IMG/VR virus record: IMGVR_UViG_3300033073_001448
Coordinates: 27,993 to 91,992 of that record
DNA from: a virus
Taxonomy: Duplodnaviria; Caudoviricetes
Strand: one strand, 5' to 3'
DNA: 64,000 nucleotides
Part shown: positions 37,341 through 46,969 of the stretch, piece after piece
Layout of the letters: the number at the start of each line of letters is the position of its first letter
Numbering within the stretch: the first letter of the stretch is position 1
The notes under the pieces: generated by a model
What the model saw: the letters and a program-made list of their open reading frames with translations, nothing else
What the model was told of the DNA's origin: nothing
Database searches by the model: none
Position numbers and translations under genes: made by a program

Positions 37341-38810
37341 ATGGCAAGTAATATCAACCCAAATAACATTGATGGCAGTTACCCAGTCGCTGGCCAGGAC
37401 AATAATTCGCAAGGATTCCGCGACAACTTTACTAACATCAAAGTAAACTTCCAGTATGCCGCTGAAGAAATCGACGATCTACAAAACAAAGCATTGTTGA
37501 AAGCAGCACTGAGTGGTGGCACGCTAGACAACAACATGAACAATAACTTGATCTACGCGGCCAATATACAGGATTTTAGTGCTACGGCCGTTGCATTGAG
37601 TGGCACCAGTGGCACCATTAATCTTGACTATGCTGCTGGACATTATCAAACTATATCAACATCGGGCTCAGTGAGCTTGACTTTTAGCAATTTCCCATCG
37701 GCTGGTTACTTTGGTGTACTGCGTTTGGCCATTAATATTACCAACGTTGCACACACATTGACATTGCCTGCCGCAGTGAGCCGAGGTCTCAGCGGTATAC
37801 AAGGCATCAGCCCAGGCACCGCGGGTGTTTCCAACACCATTACTTTTGCTTCCACAGGATACTATCAGTTTCAGTTCACATCCAGCGACGGCGGCACAAC
37901 AATTACACTGTTTGACCTAAATCGTGCGTTGACCAACTTTACCACTGCTGACATTACCATAGATGATTTGGTTGCTTCAACTGCTAATATTTCAGGTAAC
38001 ATCACCGGTGGCAACATTGCTACCGCAGGCACAGCAAACTTGACCACTATTATTGGCTCTACACTGAGCTTGTCTGGCAATATCACTGGAGCCAATCTGG
38101 CCACTGCTGGGTTGGTCAGTGCCACAGGTAACATCACCGGCGGCAACATTACTGCTAAAATTAGACCACCAGCCGGCACAGTTACTCTGTCACCGTTGCA
38201 GTTTACTTCTGGTACCAATTTGACCACAGCGGCAGCAGGTGCTTTTGAGTACGATGGTGTGGTTCTGTACAGTACTCCGCAGGCCAGCCAACGAGGCATA
38301 AGCCCGTCTGAACACTTTTTGATACTGGCATCTAACTACACCGCCAACGACTCGGCTTCTGCACAAAAGGTGTTTAATTCGCCATCTAATGGGCAGATAA
38401 CTTTGCCTGCCAACACTACCTATTTCATGGAAGGCCTGTACTACATCACTCGATCAGCAGGTACTACCAGCCACACATTGAGTACACTGTTTGCTCTGGG
38501 CGGGACATTGACCGGCATTACATACATTGCCGAAACTACCAGCACCACTGGCAATGCTTTGGGCGCAGTGAGCCGTATTTACGGAACCGCAGCCACAGCA
38601 GTGGTAGTAACTGGAGCATCAACATCGGCCACAGAAAACATCACAGTTTTGATTCGTGGTGTGGTGCGAACCAACTCAGCCGGTACGTTTACTCCCCAGA
38701 TTCAATATTCTGCGGCACCCGGTGGAGCCCCAACTATTTTGGCCAACAGTTACTTTAGACTGGTGCCAATGGGCACAGGTTCGGTCAACTACGTAGGCAA
38801 TTGGAGTTAA
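37341..38810 (+). CDS. virion structural/fibre protein
   Basis: YPVAGQDNNSQGFRDNF N-terminus; GNITGGN repeats. Confidence 0.8.
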   Translation: MASNINPNNIDGSYPVAGQDNNSQGFRDNFTNIKVNFQYAAEEIDDLQNKALLKAALSGGTLDNNMNNNLIYAANIQDFSATAVALSGTSGTINLDYAAGHYQTISTSGSVSLTFSNFPSAGYFGVLRLAINITNVAHTLTLPAAVSRGLSGIQGISPGTAGVSNTITFASTGYYQFQFTSSDGGTTITLFDLNRALTNFTTADITIDDLVASTANISGNITGGNIATAGTANLTTIIGSTLSLSGNITGANLATAGLVSATGNITGGNITAKIRPPAGTVTLSPLQFTSGTNLTTAAAGAFEYDGVVLYSTPQASQRGISPSEHFLILASNYTANDSASAQKVFNSPSNGQITLPANTTYFMEGLYYITRSAGTTSHTLSTLFALGGTLTGITYIAETTSTTGNALGAVSRIYGTAATAVVVTGASTSATENITVLIRGVVRTNSAGTFTPQIQYSAAPGGAPTILANSYFRLVPMGTGSVNYVGNWS

Positions 38811-38819
38811 CCTATCCGG

Positions 38820-38848
38820 TTGACTGTGTACCGAGCTTATAGTAAAAT
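38820..38848 (+). promoter_or_regulatory. sigma70 promoter (leaderless)
   Basis: TTGACT-17-TAAAAT; ATG 6 nt downstream. Confidence 0.7.
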
Positions 38849-38854
38849 ATAGCT

Positions 38855-39085
38855 ATGGAACATCCTTTGATTGGTAATTTGAACGATCTCACTGTTGACG
38901 AGGTTAGCAGTAAGATCAGTGAACTTTACAACAAACTTAACATTGCCACACGAGGCGGCAATGCACATCTTTGCAATCAAATCCGAATGGCACTAGAGAA
39001 CTATCAAAATCGATATCAAGCTCTTTTGGCTGAGCAACAGAAAAAATCCAACATCAACTTCGACGACAAAATCAAAATACAATGA
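38855..39085 (+). CDS. hypothetical protein
   Basis: ORF after promoter. Confidence 0.75.
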   Translation: MEHPLIGNLNDLTVDEVSSKISELYNKLNIATRGGNAHLCNQIRMALENYQNRYQALLAEQQKKSNINFDDKIKIQ

Positions 39086-39681
39086 ACGTGCGATTGCAGT
39101 ATGACGTAGAATTCCTAGCAGGAATTTACTACGAAGGCACCCTTCAAATGAACAGTTACTCAGTGAGTATGAGCTTGAGAACAAACTCAACTGATGCTGT
39201 AACAACCAATGTGGCCATGGACCGGCTCAAATACTTTGTTTACGGAGTGTTAGAAAGCACAGTGTTCATAAATCAAGAATACAAAGAACAAGCAGAAATG
39301 TTGGCTCTTTTGGGTATCAACGTTACCACATTGCCCGAAGAACCAGTTGATCAGATCATAGGCATGATGTTATACTACAAGCTCAATGCTGTTATGGAAG
39401 GCAATATGACTGTTACAGCACTGGACATATCCAGTACCCTGGGCGACTCAGTTTGGTATCAACACGACGAGGATGAAAACATTGGTCCGTTCAGCATTGA
39501 TGGATGGTGGCACAAACCCAATCTACAACACGATACCATTGAACTTGAACCAACCGAAGACAAAGTGGTCAAGGTTGTGGGCAAGGGTTGGCACGAACTG
39601 GGATTGGATTGGCCTGAACCAGATGCGCCGCCTCCTAGCAATGTAGTAGTATTTGGAAATTTTGGACGCAATGAAAACTGA
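39082..39681 (+). CDS. conserved phage hypothetical protein
   Basis: LPEEPVDQIIGMML; coupled. Confidence 0.75.
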   Translation: MNVRLQYDVEFLAGIYYEGTLQMNSYSVSMSLRTNSTDAVTTNVAMDRLKYFVYGVLESTVFINQEYKEQAEMLALLGINVTTLPEEPVDQIIGMMLYYKLNAVMEGNMTVTALDISSTLGDSVWYQHDEDENIGPFSIDGWWHKPNLQHDTIELEPTEDKVVKVVGKGWHELGLDWPEPDAPPPSNVVVFGNFGRNEN

Positions 39682-40186
39682 CACAGTGGGTCGTATGGTA
39701 TTCAGCGAGGACGATGTTGTAGACATGGTCATGCGTGGAGTCAATGTCTCTGAACTGAAAAATCTACTGGTGGATACAACTGTGGATTTAGAAACATGCG
39801 CAGCCATTTTAGAAGATGTTCCAACATTTATCAAATACAATGAGTTAGCAAATGAAACAATTGAAGAATTTGATCATCGTTGTCAAAACACATGGTTTAT
39901 GCCTGATCAGTACAAACAGTTAGACATTGCAGAACACGTATTGAGTCTGTGCCAATCTGATGCAGAACTTCAACGCTGTGGCCAAGAATTATTGTTGTAT
40001 CAAGAGAGGAATTTGTTTGATCTGTTGCGATATCTAAAATACTTGGTGGACTTGATGACCCAGAATAGACTGATCTGGGGTGTGGGCCGTGGAAGCTCAG
40101 TGGCCAGTTATGTGTTGTACAAACTGGGGGTCCATAGAGTTGACAGCCTGTACTATGAATTAGATCCCACAGAATTCCTGCGTTAA
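39671..40186 (+). CDS. DNA polymerase III alpha (DnaE) fragment
   Basis: WGVGRGSSVASYVLYKLGVHRVDSLYYELD matches the DnaE GRGS region; only 171 aa. Confidence 0.8.
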   Translation: MKTDTVGRMVFSEDDVVDMVMRGVNVSELKNLLVDTTVDLETCAAILEDVPTFIKYNELANETIEEFDHRCQNTWFMPDQYKQLDIAEHVLSLCQSDAELQRCGQELLLYQERNLFDLLRYLKYLVDLMTQNRLIWGVGRGSSVASYVLYKLGVHRVDSLYYELDPTEFLR

Positions 40187-40208
40187 ATAAGTTTTTAAGG
40201 AGATTGCT

Positions 40209-40412
40209 ATGACACAAAAAATTTACAAGAGCGCCAACGGTAAAATTGTAGACATGGGTGCATTGATGCTCAAAAATGAAAATGTCCGTGCAGTTGGCAA
40301 TATGAAAGTGAATGCACGAGGAGACTTGGTCGATGACATGAACCGTGTTATTGATCCAAAAACGCAACAGGTAAATCGTCAATACAACAAGCAAATCAAA
40401 GGAAAACAATGA
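40209..40412 (+). CDS. conserved phage hypothetical protein
   Basis: AVGNMKVNARGD; AAGGAG SD. Confidence 0.75.
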   Translation: MTQKIYKSANGKIVDMGALMLKNENVRAVGNMKVNARGDLVDDMNRVIDPKTQQVNRQYNKQIKGKQ

Positions 40413-40807
40413 AGGCAGCATATTCAGCACATCGAGTTGACAGACATCAACTTCACCCGTTAAAAGATTCTGTGATTGTGTCAGACATGGTGTTTGACGA
40501 ACGCATCACGTCAGGTGGTATTGTGTTACTCAACGACAACGGCAAAGGCACAGGGATTCGTCCACGCTGGGGTCAAGTATATGCTGTGGGCCCTGAACAA
40601 AAAGACGTTGCTGTTGGTCAATGGATCTGTGTAGCACACGGTCGTTGGACTCGTGGCATTGAAGTTGAAGACGAAACCGGAAAACGAACCCTGCGCAGAA
40701 TTGACCCCAATGACATTCTGTTGATTTCCGACGAACCAGTGCATGACGAAACTTGGTCAGATGCTGTGCATGTTGAAACTGCACCTCAGCACATGTTGCA
40801 CAACTAA
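40409..40807 (+). CDS. groES: GroES-like co-chaperonin
   Basis: PLKDSVIV...TSGGIVL...GQVYAVGP...VGQW...DILL. Confidence 0.8.
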   Translation: MKAAYSAHRVDRHQLHPLKDSVIVSDMVFDERITSGGIVLLNDNGKGTGIRPRWGQVYAVGPEQKDVAVGQWICVAHGRWTRGIEVEDETGKRTLRRIDPNDILLISDEPVHDETWSDAVHVETAPQHMLHN

Positions 40808-40808
40808 C

Positions 40809-41051
40809 ATGGGCTTTAGAATATCTTGGGACAAGACCCAAATTATTCGTGACATCAAAATTTGTGCCGCCCAGGTTGCCAATCCTTACAACGACGGCTA
40901 TACTGGGTGGCATTGTAAAAAAGATCTGTTGGATATCCAATACGAACTGGAACAAATTCTTCAAGACTTACCAAACTTTTCTAGTCTCGAATCTGAATAT
41001 TTTCAACAACGTGAAAAAACCAAAGTTTGGTCGGCCATCAGTAAAAAATGA
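40809..41051 (+). CDS. hypothetical protein
   Basis: ORF in operon. Confidence 0.65.
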   Translation: MGFRISWDKTQIIRDIKICAAQVANPYNDGYTGWHCKKDLLDIQYELEQILQDLPNFSSLESEYFQQREKTKVWSAISKK

Positions 41052-41299
41052 ATTGTAAAATTTGCAGAAAGGAGTACAGCCCTGATTGTGATTACCGTCA
41101 AGGACGCTGTCCGCACCACCCACCTATGATAGAAATTCAACCCCGAGATACTTCCAAAGGCCATTTTTATGTGAGCCTTGTTAAAAGTGCTACTAGAATA
41201 GCCGCAGGTATTGCACTAATTTGGCCACAGAGCATGGTTCTTGCTGGCCTGTTTCTTATTGCCGCCGAAGTGCTGGGCATTGTGGAAGAACTAGTATAA
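41048..41299 (+). CDS. small Cys-containing membrane protein
   Basis: CxxC...CPH; AAEVLGIVEELV. Confidence 0.65.
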   Translation: MNCKICRKEYSPDCDYRQGRCPHHPPMIEIQPRDTSKGHFYVSLVKSATRIAAGIALIWPQSMVLAGLFLIAAEVLGIVEELV

Positions 41300-41502
41300 T
41301 GCAATATGTTGACAACTACCGTTGCTACTGCTATAATTGCAACAAGGATAGATTAGACGAAAGCAGTCAATTCCCTTATGTATTGACTCGCATGATAGTT
41401 TGTCCCCAGTGCGGTAACAAACGTTGTCCGCATGCCACCGATCACACATTAGCATGCACTGGATCCAACGATTCGGGCCAACCAGGAAGTAGATATCAAT
41501 GA
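41299..41502 (+). CDS. small Cys-rich (Zn-binding) protein
   Basis: CYCYNC...MIVCPQCGNKRCPHATDH. Confidence 0.7.
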   Translation: MQYVDNYRCYCYNCNKDRLDESSQFPYVLTRMIVCPQCGNKRCPHATDHTLACTGSNDSGQPGSRYQ

Positions 41503-42422
41503 AAGAACTATGGGTAGAAAAGTACCGTCCTAGCTCAGTGGACGGCTATGTATTTGTTGATGAATCACAGCGTGAGCAAGTTCAGCAGTGGATCCGCGAT
41601 GGGTCAATCCCACACTTGATGCTGTCAGGGTCAGCCGGTACAGGCAAAACTACCTTGGCTAAACTGCTGATCAATGAACTAGGGGTAGACGAGTATGATG
41701 TTCTTTATGCCAATGGTTCCAAGGAAGCACGTAAGATTGAGTGGGTTGATCGGTTGATCAACTTTTGTCAAACCATGCCTTTTGGTCGATTCAAAGTAGT
41801 GCTGATTGACGAAGCAGATTACATGAATCCCAGCAGTGTGCAACCTGCACTGCGTAACCTAATGGAAGATTACAGTCAAACAGTGAGATTTATTCTTACC
41901 TGTAACTATCCGCACAGAATCATTGCTCCAATCCACAGTCGTTGTCAGGGATTTCACATTGTCAAAACTGATCACACAGAATTCACTGCCAGAGTGGCCA
42001 CTGTGTTGGTCACAGAAGGTGTGGAGTTTGATTTGGATGTGCTAGACAGCTATGTCAAAGCCACTTATCCTGACATGCGCAAATGCTTGAATTTGTTGCA
42101 ACTGAACTCAACCAACAATCGACTCAGCGCACCCAGCGAAGCAGATCGAAGTTCTAGAGATTGGAAATTAGAATGCGTGGACTTGTTCAAACAGGGTCGC
42201 GTTCGTGAAGCTAGAACACTGCTGTGCCAAAGTTCCTCCCCTGAAGAAACAGAAGAAATTTTCCGCTGGATGTATGACAACTTGGAGCTCTGGGGCAACA
42301 CTCCCGAATTACAAGATCAAGCCATTGTTGTTATTCGCAACGGCCTAGTAAACAACAATGCAGTGGCAGATACAGAAATCAATTTGAGTGCCACGCTGAT
42401 TGAACTATGCCAACTCCAATAA
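41499..42422 (+). CDS. clamp loader small subunit (T4 gp44/RFC-like AAA+)
   Basis: WVEKYRP, GSAGTGKT, DEAD, SRC. Confidence 0.93.
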   Translation: MKELWVEKYRPSSVDGYVFVDESQREQVQQWIRDGSIPHLMLSGSAGTGKTTLAKLLINELGVDEYDVLYANGSKEARKIEWVDRLINFCQTMPFGRFKVVLIDEADYMNPSSVQPALRNLMEDYSQTVRFILTCNYPHRIIAPIHSRCQGFHIVKTDHTEFTARVATVLVTEGVEFDLDVLDSYVKATYPDMRKCLNLLQLNSTNNRLSAPSEADRSSRDWKLECVDLFKQGRVREARTLLCQSSSPEETEEIFRWMYDNLELWGNTPELQDQAIVVIRNGLVNNNAVADTEINLSATLIELCQLQ

Positions 42423-42961
42423 CATGTTTGGCTGAAAACATGTGGCACAGTCGAGGGCTCACACTCGACAAATTTGGGCAAGATCAAACCGGACAGATTC
42501 TGTATAGATTCAATGATCAAGGGTTTCGTGCCGATGGTGTTTGGGATTTTGTTCCCGACTATGCGTTTTTTGGTTGCAGTATTGTGGCTGGCATTGGCGT
42601 GCCCATTGAGCAAACTTTTGCCAGTATGTTTGCCAAAAGCCACAACTATGGCATTGCGGGCGAGTACAGCAATGCGTCTACTTTGCAAATCATTCAAGCC
42701 TTTGTTCACAGCAAAGTCTACAGTAAAAACACAAAAATGGCTGTGATTTGGACTGATAGAAATCCTGAACATCTCGATTCATACCTTGCTCAACTGTGTG
42801 ATTTACCAATGATTCATTTTTTCTGCGGTGAGCTGTTGAATTATCCGCACTGTTACAAAATGGTTGCAAACATAGACTGGGACGCCAGTGGCACACACCC
42901 CGGGCCTCGCACACATCGGCTGTTGCATGGAATTTTATGCGCTCTATTCAGTCCATTATAA
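42407..42961 (+). CDS. SGNH-like hypothetical protein
   Basis: YRFNDQGFR, FGCSIVAGIG, HPGPRTH. Confidence 0.6.
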   Translation: MPTPITCLAENMWHSRGLTLDKFGQDQTGQILYRFNDQGFRADGVWDFVPDYAFFGCSIVAGIGVPIEQTFASMFAKSHNYGIAGEYSNASTLQIIQAFVHSKVYSKNTKMAVIWTDRNPEHLDSYLAQLCDLPMIHFFCGELLNYPHCYKMVANIDWDASGTHPGPRTHRLLHGILCALFSPL

Positions 42962-43578
42962 TCTACACCGGCGGCTCTGGCGGGGACTTTTTAAAGTCAA
43001 TTTGCTGTCAGCAGTGTGACAGTGACTTTGGTTTTAATCTGTCAGATCGCGGCATGATCAATTTCAATCAACACTATTTCAAAGATCTGTCAGAGCAGTG
43101 TTACATACACAACAAACCCATGCCGGACTTGGATTTATCGCAAATTACACCAGTGGACAACAGCCATTTTTACCTGCCCAGTTATCATCGTTTCACTGAC
43201 TGTTTGTTTTTTATTGACTATCCTGATCAATTGGCCACAAACATTGTGGAAATTTATAGAAAAAAAAGATATGCTGACTGCAACGCCACACTGTTGAGCA
43301 ATCATCGGCACATGATTCCCGATGCAATTTTGAGTCGTGCCTGCCCAGACAACATTGTTAAAATACTTTCAGTGCTGTGGATTCGTCAATTAACTGCGCT
43401 GAGAAATAATTCTGCATTAGCGCCTGTACAATTAGCAGACTTTTTTGATCGATCAAAAATGATTGCTGTGTGTGAAACACTGATTGGTCAGCCCATTTCC
43501 AACATTGAGTTGTTTGATCAGTCATTGAACAACTGGGTCAACAACAATACTCAGTTAGCTCAATTGTTTGGCAATTGA
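42937..43578 (+). CDS. hypothetical protein (sulfotransferase-like P-loop)
   Basis: YTGGSGGDFL N-terminal loop. Confidence 0.5.
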   Translation: MRSIQSIIIYTGGSGGDFLKSICCQQCDSDFGFNLSDRGMINFNQHYFKDLSEQCYIHNKPMPDLDLSQITPVDNSHFYLPSYHRFTDCLFFIDYPDQLATNIVEIYRKKRYADCNATLLSNHRHMIPDAILSRACPDNIVKILSVLWIRQLTALRNNSALAPVQLADFFDRSKMIAVCETLIGQPISNIELFDQSLNNWVNNNTQLAQLFGN

Positions 43579-44223
43579 TTTCACAACGCCGGCCGAAATT
43601 ATTTTATGCCATTTTGGTCCCGGATGTGTGTTTACTCCGGCTAGATCTACCATGGGCACGTTCCATCCGATGCAACGATGATGTTTTCTAATGCTGTTGG
43701 GTATGTTGTGATCTCTGCTGTCACTGCCAGTGAAACACCATGCGTCATTGGCCAACAAGGATGCTACTTGTTCAAAGGTTTGCTGAAATAAATCAATGTT
43801 TTGTTCGCTGTGTGTCACAGAGGTAAACAAGCCTGTGTTGAGATCATAACGACGATCTAAATCAATGAATTGAATTACATAGTATCGGGGTCTTAGATCA
43901 CTGAGCTTGATCAAATTCAGCATACGCAATATTTCTTGATTGTCCACTGGCATACAGCCCTGCGAAAAATGATAGCATTTTGTTTGCAGTGCCTGGCTGC
44001 TGATGCTGGCAAAACTGAAATCAAAGTCCAGGCCAATTCCGGCTGTGATACTGGAGCCTAGGTACACCCCAACATTGTGATCAGATTCGTCATAGTCTAT
44101 GTTGTTACGATAGCCCAAATTGTTGAATCTGTATTCTACCAGTCCTCTGCGGTCTGACGCATAAACTTCCATGGTTTCCAGTCTACATTCATATTGCGAG
44201 AAAAAAGGCAGTGGCATTGACAT
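43555..44223 (-). CDS. SGNH-like hypothetical protein (paralog of 42407)
   Basis: YRFNNLGYR, LGSSITAGIG, HPGPKWH. Confidence 0.6.
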   Translation of the reverse strand: MSMPLPFFSQYECRLETMEVYASDRRGLVEYRFNNLGYRNNIDYDESDHNVGVYLGSSITAGIGLDFDFSFASISSQALQTKCYHFSQGCMPVDNQEILRMLNLIKLSDLRPRYYVIQFIDLDRRYDLNTGLFTSVTHSEQNIDLFQQTFEQVASLLANDAWCFTGSDSRDHNIPNSIRKHHRCIGWNVPMVDLAGVNTHPGPKWHKIISAGVVKSIAKQLS

Positions 44224-44286
44224 TTTTATTTGAACCATGTAAAATTAAGTAAATATTTAACATCCTTTATTACCCCCACAAAATCT

Positions 44287-44586
44287 ATGCGATATTTCAT
44301 AATCACCTATTATCAAAAAGCCAACGGCCAGCAAGATGAAGTCACTGCCGTTACAAAAAATCTTAAAACAAGAGATCTACAGTGTGCCACAATAATTCTG
44401 GATTTTAAAAAATGTGAAGTTGTCAAGGCCACCATGGGCGGTGTAAATGTGCCCAAGAATTTCGACAACATTGTTGGATACTACCGACAGCACTATAAAA
44501 ACATCATTGATCGACTGTTTGCTGAAAATGGTTTTGAAGTCATTGAACAACAGCCAGAAAAAGATGAAACACCAACTAGTGCCTAA
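44287..44586 (+). CDS. conserved phage hypothetical protein
   Basis: MRYFIITYYQKANGQ.DE...IILDFK. Confidence 0.7.
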   Translation: MRYFIITYYQKANGQQDEVTAVTKNLKTRDLQCATIILDFKKCEVVKATMGGVNVPKNFDNIVGYYRQHYKNIIDRLFAENGFEVIEQQPEKDETPTSA

Positions 44587-45484
44587 GTTAATGGCCGTGC
44601 TATTGGCCCTGACCAGTTTTGCACATGCCGAAGAATTCCGCCTGGTTGTGCCTTTTGGTCCTGGCAGCCAAAGTGACGCCGCTGCTCGTGCTGTGATTCA
44701 GACCTTTGAGCGTAACACCGGGCACAATGTTGTGGTAGAAACCATTCCTGGCGCAGACTCAATTATTGGTATCAATCATTGGAAATCCACACAGGCTGAT
44801 TTGATTTGGCTCGGCCCCGGACCTTTGGTGTACAATGTTGTGCTCAAAAAGGACTTGCCTTACAACGCAGACACAGATTTTGATCATTTGATCTACGTGG
44901 GAACCACGCCCTTTTACTATATTGTGAACAGCGCCAGTAAAATTCAAGGACCCAAAGATATTGTGGTCAAAAACAATGGTTTTGCTGGCGTGAATACTTC
45001 TGTGGGCACTGCCAATGTTTCTGCGCTGAACCATGATCAAAAAACCAAAATTCAGCCTGTGCCGTTTAAAGGCAGTCCCGAAGTAATCATGGCCGTGGCC
45101 AATGGCACAGTGGACTTGGCAGTGATTGGTATCACTGCCAGCGTAGTAGAACTGGCACGTGCCGGAAAGATCAGCATCGTGGGCACTACTCATCGCGAGT
45201 CAGTGACCATTGATGGCCAACGGGTGCCCAGTGTGAGCCAACAGACTGGAATCCCACAATTCAGTGGCTTTTTTGCCATTGCCGCCCGTCCCGGAATGGA
45301 CGCTCGACGACTGGCTATTCTGCGGCAAGGACTTTGGGCGGCTGTCCAGGATTCCGAAACGCAGGAAAAACTGCGCCGTTTATTTGTGTTTGCTGACTCC
45401 AGCAATGATGTGCGGCAAATCACAAATTTTTACCAAGAACTAAGAACTAGATATAGAAAGTTTGAAAAAACAAATGTTGAATAA
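44564..45484 (+). CDS. Bug/TctC tripartite tricarboxylate transporter substrate-binding protein
   Basis: signal peptide; LVVPFGPGSQSDAAAR, VETIPGA, VPFKGS. Confidence 0.85.
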   Translation: MKHQLVPKLMAVLLALTSFAHAEEFRLVVPFGPGSQSDAAARAVIQTFERNTGHNVVVETIPGADSIIGINHWKSTQADLIWLGPGPLVYNVVLKKDLPYNADTDFDHLIYVGTTPFYYIVNSASKIQGPKDIVVKNNGFAGVNTSVGTANVSALNHDQKTKIQPVPFKGSPEVIMAVANGTVDLAVIGITASVVELARAGKISIVGTTHRESVTIDGQRVPSVSQQTGIPQFSGFFAIAARPGMDARRLAILRQGLWAAVQDSETQEKLRRLFVFADSSNDVRQITNFYQELRTRYRKFEKTNVE

Positions 45485-46373
45485 ATTAATTGCCACAGTG
45501 ATTCTAGCACTGGGCTTGACCGTACATGCTGAAGAATATCGTATGATTATTCCCTACGCTGCCGGCAGTCAAGCCGATGTTGCGTCTAGAATTATCATTA
45601 AAAACTTTGAACGCATCACTGGAGACAAAATCTTTATTGAATTAGCACCCGGTGCTGACTCAGTGATTGGCATCAATGCCTTTAAGAATTCCAAAGCAGA
45701 CTTGATCTTTTTGGGATCGGGCGCCAGCATCTATGCACCTGTGCTGAAAAAAGACCTGCCCTATGACCCCGACGTGGATTTTGATCGGATTCTGTATGTG
45801 GGCACCGCACCTGCTGTGTGGTTCTCACGCCCGGGCACTGCTGTTAAAACGCCTGCAGATTTGGTCACACATTTACCACAGTTTGTGGGCACCAATGCCA
45901 GTCACGGCACAGCCAATGTGGCCATAGTGAATCGCGAGAAAAATGGCAATTCCGAAACTACTCTGTACAAAGGCAGTCCCGAAACTATCACTGCTGTGAT
46001 CGGAGGCAGTATTGATCTAGGCATTGTGAATCCCACTGCTACCATGATTGAATTGGCCAAAGCCGGTAAAATTACCTTGATTGGCAGCACTTATCATGAG
46101 GACATTGTGATCGACGGGGTACCAATTCCCAGTGTGCATCGTCGCACCAAAATACACCAATTAAATGGATCAACCGAAATTGCCGCTCGCCCCGGAATGG
46201 ATCCTGCACGTTTGGAACGACTGCGTCAAGGACTTTGGGCTGCTGTTCGAGATCCTGATACACAGGAAAAATTGCGGTTGATTTTTATCATGCCCGATGC
46301 TACAATAAATCAGCAATGGATCAACAACTACACACGAGAAATTAGAGAGCGTTTTCGACGATATTCACGATGA
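45474..46373 (+). CDS. Bug/TctC substrate-binding protein (tandem paralog)
   Basis: IIPYAAGSQADVASR, LYKGSPE; shares LKKDLPY and LRQGLWAAV with the upstream gene. Confidence 0.85.
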   Translation: MLNKLIATVILALGLTVHAEEYRMIIPYAAGSQADVASRIIIKNFERITGDKIFIELAPGADSVIGINAFKNSKADLIFLGSGASIYAPVLKKDLPYDPDVDFDRILYVGTAPAVWFSRPGTAVKTPADLVTHLPQFVGTNASHGTANVAIVNREKNGNSETTLYKGSPETITAVIGGSIDLGIVNPTATMIELAKAGKITLIGSTYHEDIVIDGVPIPSVHRRTKIHQLNGSTEIAARPGMDPARLERLRQGLWAAVRDPDTQEKLRLIFIMPDATINQQWINNYTREIRERFRRYSR

Positions 46374-46969
46374 AAGTCACAGCAGATCGAGTAATACTAG
46401 TAGACGCAGATGGCGTACTTCTTAATTGGGAGTATGCCTTTGCTATCTGGATGGAAGCACATGGATTTGCCAAAGTAGCAGGTTCACAGTTTGTGTATGA
46501 CATTGGAGAAAGATACAATATCTCCCGAGAGCAAGGCCGGAAATTGATCAAAATGTTCAATGAATCTGCTGCCATTGGATTTTTGCCGCCTTTGCGTGAT
46601 GCCATGTACTATGTGAAAAGACTGCACGAAGAACTGGGCTATGTGTTTCACTGTATCACTAGCCTGAGTTCAGATATCAACGCACAGCGTTTGCGTGAAA
46701 TGAATTTGGAAAAATTGTTTGGAGCCACTGCTTTTGAGCTCGTGACTTGTTTGGAAACCGGAGCAGACAAGAATTACGCACTGGAACCTTATGCGGGCAC
46801 AGGCTGTTGGTGGATTGAAGACAAGCCGGAAAACGCTGAAGTTGGACTAGATTTAGGGTTACGTAGTATCCTAATGGAACATGGTCACAATATGCATCAT
46901 GCCAACGAACGAATTCCGGTTGTCAAAAACTGGCGTGAAATTTATTCTATAATTGCTCCTCAAGCATAA
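46370..46969 (+). CDS. HAD-superfamily hydrolase (nucleotidase-like)
   Basis: LVDADGVLL, ITS, WIEDK.EN. Confidence 0.8.
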   Translation: MKVTADRVILVDADGVLLNWEYAFAIWMEAHGFAKVAGSQFVYDIGERYNISREQGRKLIKMFNESAAIGFLPPLRDAMYYVKRLHEELGYVFHCITSLSSDINAQRLREMNLEKLFGATAFELVTCLETGADKNYALEPYAGTGCWWIEDKPENAEVGLDLGLRSILMEHGHNMHHANERIPVVKNWREIYSIIAPQA

